A DNA stretch of 64,000 bases, taken from contig NC_058368.1 in the NCBI RefSeq assembly GCF_018350175.1, positions 80,602,001 through 80,666,000 on the forward strand. Reading direction: 5' to 3'. Under the pieces are notes generated by a model. The model did not search any database. It saw nothing but the letters and a program-made list of their open reading frames with translations, and was not told the origin of the DNA. The DNA comes from Felis catus (lineage: Eukaryota). Position 1 is the first letter of the stretch, and each line of letters opens with the position of its first letter. A program made the translations under genes and the position numbers. This document shows positions 47,296 through 60,865 of this stretch, one piece after another.

Positions 47296-48388
47296 TTCCA
47301 TGTCTGTCAGTGTGGACTTGTGTCAGGGCAACTGTATCACTGTCTGCCAAGTTTTGTGTCTTACCCCATGTTTCTGTCTGCACGGGCATGAGAGAGATCC
47401 CTTTAAACACGCTTGTAACTGCATTGGGTCCCATGGGATCCATAGTTTTTGTACTGAATGGAGACCAAGAAACTGGGAATTTTCACATCTTCCAGTTTAC
47501 CTGTAAAGTGCAAATGATAACAGACTTGCTCAGATTGGTGGTCTGTCATGCCACTTTCCTCTTTAGCTGACAGTGGGGCCAAGGGGATAACCTTTTGGAA
47601 ATAACTTCCCTTCCTGTGTTCACAGATTATCTGTGCATATTCTAAGGAAACCTGTTCCTGTCTGATTTTTGATGTGGGCATTTGAGACAGAAAGGTGTGA
47701 GATCATATTTTTACAGTATCATCTTACAGCAGTGAAGAATGGAAGTCCAGGGTCACAGTAACATGTTAGTATTGTAACTTCTCAGTAATTTCTGTGACTC
47801 CGATGTTGGAATAGGATTCCCTTCTAGAAGGGTGTATTTAAGATAAGCATTGTCATTTACAGTGTAATTCTTCATTTTCTGTAAACAGAGTGTGCCTGAT
47901 CCTAACTGGTGATCCTGTCAGGATCATTTACTTGTGAAACAAACACTGACTTCCTCTAAATTGTGAGTTTCTCTTTGTTCAAGTTTTTGATTTAAGAATG
48001 TATTTGTTGAATAAACAAAACCACCATCCCTGAGTTGACCCCTTTTGGGCTGCTTTTTTCCAGATAAGTTCTCAAGAATGTCCACTTGATCTCACACTTC
48101 TTGCAGGTGTCGGTAGCCATGATCATTTGCTCTCTGGCAGCTACAGATGGCAGTGTGGCTGTCAGGCTTCGCTGTTGTGTGTGTGTGCCTTGACCTGTGT
48201 GTGCTTTCTTGTTTCGGATAGTCCTCTTTGCAGGCTGGTGTCCTCCAAGAATACGCTTAAGGGATTTCCACTGCTTGCCGCATGTGCCCTGTCCTCCCTG
48301 AATCTCTGCTACCTCACAGCAGACACCCTCGTTGCTCCGCATTTACTTGCCATGCACATTGTTCTGATGTGCAAAACCATGGATTTCT

Positions 48389-48577
48389 GGGGCACCTGGG
48401 TGGGTGGTCAGTTGGTTAGCATCTGACTCTTCAGCTCAGGTCGTGATCCTAAGGGTCATAGGTTCAAGCCCCATGTCAGGCTGTGCACTGACCATGTGGA
48501 GCTTGCTTGAGGTTATGTCTCCCTTTCTCTGTGCCCCTCCCCTGCTCGAGCATGTGCTCTCAAAATCAAACTTTAAA
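48389..48577 (+). mobile_element. CAN-SINE, diverged
   Basis: ggggcacctgggtgggtggtcagttggttagcatctgactc…ctctgtgcccctcccctgctc. Confidence 0.85.
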
Positions 48578-49864
48578 CCCACGGATTTCTGTGTTGTATA
48601 CACACGTGCATGTTTCAGGCCACACTCTGGAGAATTTCTTCAATTGAAGGGAGACCTCAGGAAAGAGGTGATGAGGCCAGTGGTTGGGGGTGGGGTGGGG
48701 AGAGGGCCGCTGGTCGCTGCTACTGTTAAGTCATCATGGATGCTCTGTGGGTGGTAGGCCTCTCACCAGACTGTGCATTTAGAACCCATGTTCCGCTGGG
48801 GTGGAGGGGGCCATGTTTACATCTGGCATCAAAAAGCGACCTGGGTTTTAGGTGCGATGATCGATCGGCTATGGAAGAAGTTTTACGAATATAACCCGTG
48901 TAGGGAAAGGGACAGAGGTAGCAACTGATTTCCGTATTGCTGGAAAAGTGTGTGCGCATGCACGTGTGATGGGAGGTTTCTGAAAGCACCCAGGATAAGG
49001 CTGCATTAGAGGGTAGCCCTATCTGTACGGTTTCTTCCAGATGCACACTTGATAATAGGCGGAAAGAGCCTCAAATGTAAGATTGCACCTCAGGCCTGTA
49101 GGGGCGGCGGAGGGGGGGACCCAGAAAGACAGGTGGAGGGCTCTGGGGTGAGATGCTTTGGGATTCTTCTGGGACGTGGGGGTGAGTGTTCCTCCAGATG
49201 AACACTGCGTGCTCTTCCTGAACAGCTGTGCTGGTGGGCGCTCTAGGGGATGTTCCACTCTCTGGGGACTGTGCTTCAACATCCTGTTTGAAGGACCTGT
49301 CCCCTAGGTCAGCTGACTGACAGCAGTCAGGGGTCAGGGGTGATATCCCCCAGTATCAGGGATGAGACCCTGGTAGGTGGTGGGAGCCTGTGACGACACA
49401 GCTGGGATGACAAGAGCACCTCCGGCCTCCACATCTGCCTTGCAGCTGTGTGACCGCCCCTGCCCGTCTGCGGGGCTGCTCTGCATGGACGTGGGTCCCA
49501 CAGATACCCTCCCCTGGGGCTCCTGGTTTTCCTGGTCCCCTCGCTTCCTCCTCAGCTTGGGCTTCACGTTTTGTTCTGTTGCTTCCCTTCATGGGTAATG
49601 CCTCACCGTGGACCTGGTGTGCATGCCGCGGTTATCCCTTGGTGCCCCGCTTTGTAACACGAGGACCTGCCTTGACCTTTCTCCGCCCTTCCATCCTGCC
49701 TCCAGTCAGCTGTGTTTTCCGTGTACATCATCAGGATTGTTATGATTGCCCTTGGTTCCGAAACCACAGGCAGCATCCATTCAGCAAATACTTGAGTGAA
49801 CTCTGTTGTGGGGACCGGGGGTGGGGGGGGGGGGGAGTGAAAAACCAAGGTGTCTTTCCAGAAA

Positions 49865-50190
49865 TCACGAAGCTTACCTGAGGTTCCCGAAATAGAAAAT
49901 GTGGTAGACAGTTGAGAAGGTGAAGGTCCGCTAGGCTCCCCTTCCTCAGTGGACATTTGATCCCCTCAAGACCTCACGAGTGGGAGAGTACAGGACAAGG
50001 TACGTTGAGAGAGCACGTTCACGTACCTTCTATTGGAGTATATTGTTGGGTTCTGGTTAATCTCTTTCTGTGCCTAACTTGCAGATTAAACTTTATCACA
50101 GGTGTGCACGTAGGGTTTGGTATGCTCGGTTTGGGGCATTTCCCGGGTTCTGGGAACAGACCTCGTGGATAAGGGGGGTGTCTGCTGTGT
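49865..50190. mobile_element. MER44/Tigger7-like non-autonomous DNA transposon remnant
   Basis: gttaatctctttctgtgcctaac…attaaactttatcacagg…gggtttggta…cctcgtggataagggggg resembles the MER44 3' part. Recognition only. Confidence 0.6.
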
Positions 50191-50609
50191 GGGCTTCCTC
50201 AAGGGCCCCCACATTCAGTGCTGCCTAGAGGCGCCATTTCCCTCTGTGCGGGATGGTTCTGATTTTGTGGGGGATGTAGTGTGGTGCTCTAGCCCAGGGC
50301 TCAAGATGTCTTTTCTGGAAAGTGTCTTTTCCAGTAATGTTGCTCGTTCCTTTTGCTTTCTCCTGAAAATCCTATTAGCTGTCTTGTTTTGCCTTCTTTG
50401 GCTTTTAATCTGGTTTTTGTATTTTTTGTTTCGCTGGATTTCATTCATTTGGAGTCCACTCCTCAGATCTTTGAGTTCACCGAAGTCTCCTCTTACTTGT
50501 GATGGTGACCAGAGTTTTCATTTCCAGAAATGGTTTTGTTCTTTTTCAGGTGTTTTTAATTTTTGTGGTGCATTGTTTATTCATTATGGCTCTTTTCTTT
50601 CCAGGTGGG

Positions 50610-50809
50610 GTTTTCTTTTCTTTTTTAATATTTAAGTAGAGAGGGGGCGAGCAGGATAGAGAGAGGGAAAGAGAATTCCGAGCAGGCTCCGCACTGTCAG
50701 GTCTCAGCACAGACCCCAGTATAGGGCTCGAACTCATGAACCGTGGGATTATGACCTGAGCCAGAATCAAGAGTCAGACGCTTAACCGACTGAGCCACTC
50801 AGGTGCCCC
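50610..50809 (-). mobile_element. CAN-SINE
   Basis: SINEC body; TSD tctttccagg. Confidence 0.9.
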
Positions 50810-52301
50810 TCTTTCCAGGCATTTTAAATATACTTACTCCATGGTCTCCTAAATTTTCCCCTTGTTTCAACATCTTGGGTGTTCCATTTCCTTTGTATGT
50901 TGTATCTGTTTATACTGGGTTCAGTTCTTCGTGAGCTGTAACTTTGTTATAGTTGTGTCTTTGGGGGTTTGGTTGGGCGTACCCCTGTGCCCTGGGCTGT
51001 GGAAACATTCCTACAGAGAGGAGGGACATTTGTTTCCTCGGGGGCTCCCAGAGATTTTCTTGCCCTGGGCAAACCCTGGGGCCCTTTGGGGGCTGGAGTG
51101 GGTTTGGACCATATGCCTCCGCAGGGACGGGCTCAGGGTTTGGATTTCTCCTGGGCTGTGTCTCCCAGCCCGCGTCCTTGCGAGACGCTGTTTGTCTGGG
51201 TTGGCGAGCAGGATAGGCTTCTTGTTGTCAGCCTACCCGAAGGGTCCCCAAGAGCTCCTCCTGTTTGTCACTCAGGGCTGTGTCTGGTCTCTGCAGTGCC
51301 CTCCCCCTTTATTCATTTAGCATATTCATGGTTAAATTCTCTTGTTTTTGGCACTCTTAGTTTATTGAAAGAAAGGGAAGATCTGTATCTTCCGGCGCCT
51401 GGTAGGACAGCACTAAATTACGTTCTCATGGTTTCCCCGCAGTCCCAGTGAATTGTATCAATCTTTAGCTATCGAATGGGCCAAAAATGTTTTATTTTTC
51501 TTAAGATACTGGGAAGGCTGAGTGTTTTCTAACGTTTCCTGGGCGCAACTTTTGTTAAAATTGGCCATTACTTCCCTTCTGGTATATTATGGTCTAAGTG
51601 TGTGGGTGGGGTGGTGGTGGTGTTATTTTGGGGGGCGGGGGCGGGTGGGGAGTAGGTGCTGGAGGGCTCCCTCGGGCTGCACAGAGGTTCCTGAGGCAAA
51701 CCTGGCATCCTGGGCCCCTCCTGCCCAGCGTGTTGACCGAGCGTCCCCTCCCCGTGTGACTGAGGGCCGGGGCCCTGGGACGAGTGCGGAGCGGGCCCTG
51801 CTGTGGCTGTCGGCGGGGGAGCTGCGGAGCCCTGGACTCACCGCGCCGCCTTAGCTGTGGGAGGGCAGTGGTCTCCCTCCCTCGGGGCCTCCTGCCACGG
51901 AAGTGCCTTGTGGTTGGTGGCACCACAGGCAGACATGGCTCCTCTGTGACTGCTCGGTGCCGGGGTTTCTTACCTTGGAGCCCTCTGTCGGGAAGGGCCC
52001 ACGGGGTTTGGGGAGATGTTCCCGGCCCTCCCGTGGCAGTCATTCCCCTGTAGCCGTCGGCAGAGCTGTGGACTCCCTTTTCCACGGGAGAGGAGACCGC
52101 GTGTTTGGGCTCCGCCTGCACTGGGTGGCTCTCTTCTGCCTGCCCTCTGTTTTTACACAGTGCTGTAGCCGGGCGCTACTTCTTGTGAAAGAGCCTTTTC
52201 TCCTGGTTCTCCCAGTAAGTTAGTTGAATGTTATCTGTGCTGTTGGGAGGTGTGTCTTAAATGAGGCACTTGACAGATTATTTGCTTTTAAATTTAAAGC
52301 T

Positions 52302-52692
52302 GGGGCACCTGGGGCCTCAGTCGGTTGTGTGTCTGACTCTTGATTCTGGCTCAGGTCATGATTCCAGGGTCATGGGTTCGAGTTCTGGGTCGGGCTCTGT
52401 GCTGAGCGTGGAGCCTTCTCTCTCTTCCTCTGCCCTCCCCAGCTCATGCACGCATGTGCGCTTGCTCGCGCGCTTGCTCTCTCTCAAATAAAAAATAAAA
52501 AATAAACCAGGGGCACCTGGGTGGCTCAGTTGGTTAAACGGCTGACTTCAGCTCAGGTCACGATCTCACAGATCATGGGTTTGAACCCTGTGTCATGCTC
52601 TGCGCTGACAGCGTGGAGCCTGCTTGGGATTCGTTCTCTGCCCCTCCCCCACATATTCTCTCTCTCAGAAATAAGAAACAACTTAAAATAAA
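52302..52692 (+). mobile_element. Two tandem CAN-SINEs (about 52302-52505 and 52510-52692)
   Basis: Two successive ggggcacctggg… heads, each with a CT-rich part and A tail. Confidence 0.9.
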
Positions 52693-54099
52693 TCCAGTCC
52701 AAGGTAATAGCACACATGTTGGTGTTCGTGGTCCGGTGACTGTCTTTCAGGCTTCAGTGCTCACCTTTATTTTTATCTGTATTTGTCCCCTAAATGTTGG
52801 GTTCCAAAGGTGAAAGGCATCGTTTTTCTTAAGGTAAAAGCATGTCAATTTTTTCTTCTATAGTTAAATTCCTACCTGTAGGTGCGAGACTGGGAAGGAA
52901 TGTGTGTTAGCCAGAACACATTGATATTTCTTAGGGGCTCAGAAGTGGTTCATTTCTCACGGAGTTCTGTTTTCATCCTGTGAGCAGAGAGTTCTTTCAA
53001 CTGGGAACAACACCTGTTTTGTGCTTTATTGTCAACCTTTTGGAAAAGCAAGTGAGGCATTGAAGGACGGTTTAGGCAGACCATTCATTCCATAGGAAGG
53101 GGAAGGCCTACAGTTAGTGCATGTGATTTCAGGCATTTCTGGGTTTCTGTTGCTAGGCAGATAACGGCAATACTGAGCAGCCAGTTGGAAGTGGGGACCT
53201 GAGACTTTGGCAGTGTTTGGGATTGAGGGCACTGTTGGGGGAGCTAGCAGAGACTTGGGGCAGGTGGGTGAAAGGGTGCTGAGCACAGCACACCAGAGGG
53301 ACAGAGCGTTGACTGACTCAGGTGAGGCGGGTGTGTGACCTGCTCCTCGAATGCCCCTGCCCTTCCCCCCACCCCAACCACCCCAGTTTGCTCTCCAGCC
53401 CCGGTAGCCAGTGACTGACACGCCCGCCCACCCTGAGAGCCACACTGGCAGTCGGCATATGCTTCCTCGATCCCTTTTTTGCTGGCGAATCTCCTGAACA
53501 GGTGTTGAATGAACGCTAGGCAGCGTACAGATACTTGAACCCTCGAGTAATCACAATTGCTCGCACTACGGTTTCTGGGGTGGAGGTTCTTAAGGCTCTG
53601 TGGGTTTTTCTTGTTTTCTGCCCCTGCTCGGGATGGATTTCCTCCTCCTTGGCTTATCACGCTGAGCCAGATCCTACTTGTTTGGAGAGACCTGCGTTGT
53701 GAGTGCTCTGAATTGGACGTGTAGCCCAGACTCTGCGTCTTGGTGTTTTAACATCGTTACGTATCTGCCTGCATCGGCTGGTATTTTATCTTGACTGCAC
53801 TTGTGATCTGTTAGCATAGCTCATGCTCGTGCTCTTTCTTCTGCTGACAGTCAGGGAGCATGGCCTGTCAGACGCTGAGCCCGAGCAGGGAGTATGGGGT
53901 GAGCCACGTACGGGCTGGGGGGGACGCCGGCTCCCTGACCTCAGGGCATGAGCATAAGGGAGGTACGGGCCTCTGGCAACTTCCCTTGTTGGCTGGTGCT
54001 CTCACAGGAGGTCCCTGGACCAGTAGCTCTGGGCTGTGGGGGCTGGCTTGTGTGGTCTCCAGTACTGGTCAGTAAAATTGTGTTACGTTTTCATTTCAG

Positions 54100-54188
54100 A
54101 AAAGCCCGTGTCTCCTAAATCAGGAACGTTGAAGAGCCCTCCCAAAGGATTTGATACTACTGCCATTAACAAGAGCTATTACAACGTG
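54100..54188 (+). CDS. ARHGEF7: ARHGEF7 exon 6: EKPVSPKSGTLKSPPKGFDTTAINKSYYNV
   Basis: Acceptor ttttcatttcag|AA, donor GTG|gtgagt; 89 nt, phase 1/0; leads into the DH domain (next exon not in the window). Confidence 0.97.
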
Positions 54189-56829
54189 GTGAGTACCTGC
54201 AAAACCCATTTTAAGAATAACTTTTTTTTTTTTTGAATGTCTCTAAAACTCTGCAGTGTAGACTGTAGGTAAATGGTGTGGAGTATGAAGGAGGAGATAG
54301 AAATCATCTGTTGTGGGCTGCACAGTTACGACCACCGTTAACGTTCTGGTGTATTTTCTTCTAATCTTTCACGATCTTACGTTTTTGTTTACTACTTAAG
54401 TAGACTTATACCCTTTTGTTGTCACATACCGTAGTATTCCCTCCTACTGTTTCAAGTCCTCAAAAGCGAGATTGTAAAAAAGCGCACGATGTGATTTATA
54501 GGCGCCACATGGTGTTTTACTTGTGCTTTGGGTGGATTATAAGTACTTCAGATCAGTACTGTTTCTAGTTTACTTGTTTCTTGACATAAAGTCTCTTCCG
54601 GGATTGATGGATTCGTGCATCGGGTAGTGTGCAATTACAGGAGAGCATCTATACGTCTCACTCAGTGAAGACAAGTGCTTCAGAATGGAACACGACGTTA
54701 TGAAACTTAACGTGAGCAATATGTGAGCTTAAAAAATACCCGTGATGCTAGGTCTAGTGTCTAGTCTACTCTTTCCTGGTCCCTAAACCATTGCATGGGC
54801 TGCAGAAATAGGAAGTGGTATTATTTGGATCACCTTCGAAATGGCTGGCATATATTGGTGTGATAAACCAGCGTAGTACACTTTGTGAGTGTGGCTCTGT
54901 CTTCCATTCCGTGGAAAGTGTGCATTTTGGGTTTCTTCCCTGCTCCTGGTCTTGCACAGGACGCTTCCTGAGAAGCAGTGTCCACTTGAGTCCGTGACAC
55001 CTGTGTGTCCTTGAAGTGAAACCACTGTGGATCGGTGCTGCTTTGAGCATCTGAGTGTTTCACTTCCTGTGCTCCTGTAGGAAAAGGAGAGGACGCGTGA
55101 TGGACGGAAGTCTGTTCCGCTGAGCTGACCTGTTGCCACAGCCTCTGCTGTGAGTTTGCGTGTTCGGCATGCCGACCGTTCACTTCCCACTGGCCCCCGA
55201 CCTTCCAGAGCAGGGTGACGTCGGGAGGGCTCCTTGCTCTGACGCACGGTGATTGGACCCCTGCTCTGTGCCAGGCCCTGGTGAAGGCAGCAGGATGTGG
55301 CATCCAGCACCTGTCCCCTTACCCCCCCACTCCCCCATCTCCTTGCTGCCTCTGCCTCCTTTCACTTCCACTCTTCTTGTCCTGTGGACTCGGCTTGCTG
55401 CCTCAGACTGGATTTCTACGTGTTGGTCGACACCAGGCCCTCTTCCCTAGCAGTCCTTGAGTCCCAGCCTCTGCTTCTCTGACTTTGTCTGGGTGCAGAC
55501 TTCAGCCAAGCTGTGCAGGGCTCCCCAGCATGGCCCATACCCCGAGGGGCCGCCTGCCTCTCCTGGTTCTGTTCTGCTGTCCACACCCTCTTTGGGTCTC
55601 TGTTGGATGTTCGTCGTGGATGTTCGTCCCCATGACGTGGCTCTTCCGCTGCTTTGCTCGTTAGTATGCGACGTGTTGCGTGTGCGGCTCTGTGTCCAAA
55701 GCACAGTGAGAGTGGTCTGGGGTGCTTGAGGGCCTCACAGGAGGCGAGCTTGGGGAGCAGCCTCTTCCTCATGTTCCTCTGTGAGATCTGGGGTTCCGCC
55801 CAGGGGAGGGTGTCCTGGGCGGAGTACCAGTCCGGATCCACAGTGCTGCTCTGGAGAGGGGGTGGCTGCTCCTCTCTGAGGTTCTGTCCACTTAACCCTA
55901 ACTGTTAGAGGAAGCAAGGCAGGGCCCCGCCCCTGGAGCCCACGTCATCTCTCTGGTCTTTGCAGTAGTCTTGCCTCCATTAGGGATTTTGCGGATGTAG
56001 GCAACCATGCTTTTCCAGAAGTCCTGGTAAGTTGTTGTCCTTTGCATTTTATGTTCTGTAACCCTCTTCAGCTTGAAGCATCATCAGTGCTTTTTTGGAT
56101 TTCTTTCTTTGAACTATTCTTGTATGGGGGGGCAGGGAAGCGCCTTTATATCACAGGTGCTGTTCTGAGTCAGCCACTGTTTCATTGAGAAGGATGGGAA
56201 AACACCTTGACCTCAGAATCACATCCAAATTGTTGTTTTCATAAAGCTGTGTTGGTAAATAGCACATGTTAAAATTGTACTTGTTATGGACATAACTCAG
56301 AATCCAAGGAAACCCTCTTTGGGTGTAGCACCCCTTTTACAGGGGAGAACATAGCTCTAGCTGTTAAAGGGCTTGCCCAGGGTCTGCCACTCTTTGGTGA
56401 CTAAGCCAGGAATGAATTCCTCTTTTTTGAATTCTGTATTTATAAACGATGTAGGAAAGTAAACTGTAGAGCAGAATACAACATGTAAAGTAAAGCAGAA
56501 GAGCTTTTTCACACTGCCTGGCGTGGCTTTGTTTTCACAGCAAACTGTGGAAGTTTAGGTATTTTTAACCCTGCTGATGGGAGAAGGTTCTCCAAGAGGA
56601 AGACTTGGTGAGAGACTGAGTCTCCGCTTGGGCTCAGCGGAAAGCAGTGGGGAGAGTTGTGGGTGGAGGTACGAGACTGGAGGCGGGCAGGACAGGATGG
56701 ATGGGCGTCCTGTGGCTCCTGAGTGACGGTCGAGATCGCCCACCTACGCTGGCACGTAGCTAGTGCTTCTGGGTGGCTTAGGACTGTCCTGGGACTCGTG
56801 CTGTGCGTGCGAAGTGTTATGGTGTCCAT

Positions 56830-58900
56830 GGGTCTCGGAGCTGCTGTGAGTTTTTCTTCACTTGTTTCTGTTCTTCAGACTGAAGGGTCTCTATTGTCCT
56901 TTCTGTTGGCTGATTGTTGTACATCTGCATCTAGTGTTAGGCCCCTCGAGTGGATTTTTCACTTTTATCACACCTTTCAGTTCACAATCACCATTTGGTT
57001 ATTTTTACGGTCAAATAGTGTATTTGTGTCACTGTTTATGTATGTTAATTCTTTAGGCATACCTGTTTTGGTTCTTTGGACGTTTTTAAAAAGACTCGAC
57101 TTATTTTAGAGCAGCTTGAGGTTGACATTGGAGAGGGTGGAGCTTTGCCAAGGCCCCATGATCAGCACCTCTCAGGCTTGCTGGCTCTCCTCTTCATGCA
57201 GGATAGTCCCCTGCTGTCTGGACTGACCAGTTTGTCCATCACCCACTGGAGGACCTCTCACTTGCTTCCGGGTGTTGGTGATTGTGAACGAAGCAGCTGT
57301 GAACTCGCGTGCGTAGGTTTTCTCGTGGATGTGTTTTCAGCTCGTTTGGGTGAATGCGAAGGACTGTGATTGTTGGGTGTTGTGGGGAGCGTGTTCTCAG
57401 TTCTGTAAGAAACCGCACACGGTCCTCCAGGGAGGACCCCTGTGGGGCATCTTCTGCCACGCCTGCTGGTGTCTGATCGGGTTTCGCTGATGGACAAGGC
57501 GTGTGGTGCCGCCTCAGTGTCTCAGTCGGCAGTTCGCGGATGACCTGTGTCCACGTGCTTACTGCCACCTGTAAGGTGTCTGTTCAGTTCTGCTATCCAC
57601 TTTTAAATTTGGGCTCTCTTAAGGAGCTGTAAGTTTAACTTTGACTATAGTTTGAGGGCGATGTGCACGGGTGTGGTGTTTTGGCATTTATGCTGCCTGG
57701 TGTCCTCCGAGCCTCTGGGGATCTGTGGTTTTGGTGTCTGACATTAATTAGGGGAAATTCTCCGTCTTCATGGCTTGAACTCTCTCTTGTGTTTCTTCTC
57801 CTTATGGTACTTCGACCGTGTGTATTTACACCTTGTGCAGTCCCCACCATCCTTGGATGTTGTGTTTTCTCTGTCTTTTCAGCCCTGAGGGATGCTGTTA
57901 AGGTCTGTGGCGCTGGGATTCTCTCTGCAGCCGTGTGTGATCTGCTATTGACACCATTATGGGCATTCTTCATTTCTGTTAGTGTTTCTCCCGGTTTTCA
58001 GTTCTTGGGATTTCCACCTCCTTGCCGGTCTTTTCTTGCATGCCGTCTGCTTTCTGCGTTAGAACCCTTAGCATCTTAATCTTCGTTGTTCTTAGTTCCT
58101 GGTGGGATAATTCCAGCGTCCCCACCATGTCTTCTTCCGATGCTTGCTTTTCTCTTCAGACTGTGTGTTTTGCCTTTTGCTGAGTCTTGTAAGTTTTTGT
58201 CGATAATTGAACATCGTGTATCATGTAAAAAAGGAAGTGCTCACTGAGGGGGTGAGGTGTGCGGGGAGAGGAGGGGGGCGCTCCATCAGGGAGCCTGTGC
58301 CTCTGGACCATGAACTCCACTGGTGTGTTTTAAATTCTCCCCCCCACCCCTCCCCTCCCCTCCCTCCTGCCTGGAGATCAGGTGGCCCAAGGGGGCTGGG
58401 CTGTTGGTCTTTGCCAGGGCGTTTTCAGCAGGCTAGTCTGAGTTAACTAGTTTCCCTGAGGGCAGGCCTCATAAGTACCAGGATGCTGAGCTGTTATTTC
58501 CGAATGGCTCTTCCAGTGGTTCTTCTTTTCTCTGCTGAAAGCCCAAGGGTGTTTTTCTCTGAGGCTTTGGGAATTTGGTCACACTCCTAGATGATAATTT
58601 CCCAGTACTGAGGAGGCCTCTCTACGACTGGGTCTCCCCCAGAGTTTTGAACTCACACTTGTCTGCACTGAGCTTCCAGCAGTCCGTCAGTGATGGTTCA
58701 CGTTTTCCCGCCCCGTTGCTGGCTCGCAGTGTGGTTTCTTCTGGGGCGCCCGGGCTCCGGCAAGTGGGGCTCCCAGGGTGCGTTGGCCTCTCCAGACTTG
58801 GGGCGGGGGTTTGCCTTGCGTCCTGTCCTCTCTACCATAGGGGTCCAGCAGGAGTTGATTTTTCAGTCTGTTCAGCTTTTGACTTCGTTGGATGGAGTAT
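56830..58900 (-). mobile_element. Patchwork of old antisense L1M fragments, approximate limits
   Basis: T-rich degenerate antisense-L1 text (ttctgtaagaaac…, ggttttggtgtctgacattaattaggggaaattctc, tctgctattgacaccatt…gcattcttcatttctgtta, ataattccagcgtcccc). Confidence 0.6.
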
Positions 58901-58959
58901 GATTTCACACAGAAACAGGCAAAAGCAGAAGTCCCTGTTTGAACATATTTAGAGCAGCT

Positions 58960-59178
58960 TTTTTTTTTATTTTTATTTTTTTTAATGTTTATTTTTGAGA
59001 CAGAGACAGAGCATGAATGAGGGAGGGTCAGAGAGAGAGGGAGACACAGAATCCGAAGCAGGCTCCAGGCTCCCAGCTGTCGGCACAGAGCCCGACGCGG
59101 GGCTTGAACTCACAGACTGTGAGATCATGACCTGAGCTGAAATCGGACGCTTACCCAACCTAGCCACCCAGATGCCCC
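58960..59178 (-). mobile_element. Feline CAN-SINE
   Basis: Full body; TSD tagagcagct at 58950-58959 and 59179-59188. Confidence 0.95.
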
Positions 59179-59304
59179 TAGAGCAGCTATTTTGAAGACT
59201 TTATCTGCTAAGCCAGCACCAGGGCCTCTCAGGCCGTTTTCATTCAGTGCCTTGTGTTTGTGCAAGGGTCGTGTGTTCTTGGTTCTTTGAACATCTTGTA
59301 ATTT

Positions 59305-59502
59305 TTCACTGAAAAATTATTAGGGAAAGTGAGCGCACATGTGCATGGGTAGGGGAGGGGCAGAGAGAGCGTGCGAATCCCAAGCGATTCCACGCTGTCA
59401 GCGCAGAGCACAGTTCGGGGCTTGACCCCCCAGTCCTGGGATTGTGATGTGAGCCGGGATCAAGAGTCAGGTGCTTAACTGATTGAGCCACCCAGGTGCC
59501 CC
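59305..59502 (-). mobile_element. CAN-SINE, diverged
   Basis: …gaatcccaagcgattccacgctgtcagcgcagagc…tgagccacccaggtgcccc. Confidence 0.88.
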
Positions 59503-60017
59503 TCAAAATTGGACATTTTAGAGGAGCTTAGTAATTCTGGATTCTGATCTCCCCTACTCCCAGGATTGCTTGTTCCTTTTGTTGACTAACTGCAGTTTAT
59601 CTCTCCCACGGTCACTGATGGGTTCGCTTCATTAAAGCCTGGCTGCCCGGTATTCATACTCAGAGCTCCAGACTTGAGTGTGTAGCCAAAGATTGCTCAA
59701 AGCAAGATTGTGCATAACCAGGCTTTCGTTCTGTGCCTGTGGATCTGTGTGTGGTCAGTTAATGTGTTGGAGTGGGAGGAGGCTTTTTAGAACATAAAGC
59801 AATGAATGAAAACAAAGGGAAAGCTCAAAATTGATAGGCTCCATAAAAGTTTAATAAAAGTAGAAACCAAATTACAAGTTGAGTGGAACGTTTGTAACAA
59901 TTTCAACAAGATAAGATGATCTTTAATGACTGAGGAGCTCATTAAGGCAAATACATGAAGATTCTGGGTGAGTAGGAAAGGATGTGAGCAGTAGAAAATG
60001 GGGGAGGGTGGGAGCTG

Positions 60018-60320
60018 TGCTGTAGTCTGTTGGGGCTGTTGTACTAGCACCGCAGACTGGGTGGACTCCTCAGTAAAGGCTCCTCACGGTTCTGGAGCCT
60101 GGAAGTCAGCTCAGAGTGCTGGCGTGCTCAGGTCTTGGGGGACTCCCTCTTCCTGGTTTACAGAGGGCTGCCTGCTGTCCTGTCTGCATGTGGCAGAGAC
60201 CGTGAGTCTGGCCGCCTCGTCCCAAGGGCCCTGCCTGCAGCACCCCTCACTGGGGATTTCGAGATACCCAAAACCCCGGCATTTGGGGAGGACACAGATG
60301 TTATGTCTAGCCCTCTGACA
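60018..60320 (-). mobile_element. Old MLT1-type LTR remnant
   Basis: cagactgggtgg…ctcacggttctggagcctggaagtca…cttcctggttt…catgtggcagaga motifs. Recognition only. Confidence 0.6.
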
Positions 60321-60779
60321 GTGTGGGTAAGCTTACCATAAAATTGTGGTCGTGAGGAGCAGAGAGGTAAGGAGAATCCTCAGTTCTAAGGACAGCGGGA
60401 TGTACATCCATACAGGGCTTCTTGAGAGTGGCCTGGTGGTTGCATATAAAAATCTGAAAACAGTCAAACCCTTTAATCTGGCACTTCTACTACTTGGAAT
60501 CCTCCCCAGAGAAATTACCTAAAGCGTATTCAGTGGTGTCGGTGCAAAGATGTTTTAATAGGATTATTATAATAAAGTAAGCAACCTAAATGTGTAGCAG
60601 TACAAGAACGATTAAGTAACCAGTGGCACATGTGTTTGTAATTATTGAAAATGCACACGAAGCTTTAAAAATACCTAAAATACATGTTTGAGTGCAATAA
60701 GCAGAATCTGAAATTATATAGATAATGCGATTTAATAATGTAAAAATGTTGGCATAGAAGATAGAAGGAACTGTGCTAT

Positions 60780-60865
60780 GGGGTGGCTCAGTCTCGGGAC
60801 CGTGAGTTTGAGCCCCACATGGAGTGTAGAAATTTCTTAAATAAAATTAAAAAACAAAACAAAAA
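60780..60865 (+). mobile_element. Truncated short SINEC
   Basis: ggggtggctcagtctcgggaccgtgagtttgagccccacatggagtgtagaaatt…A-rich tail. Confidence 0.7.
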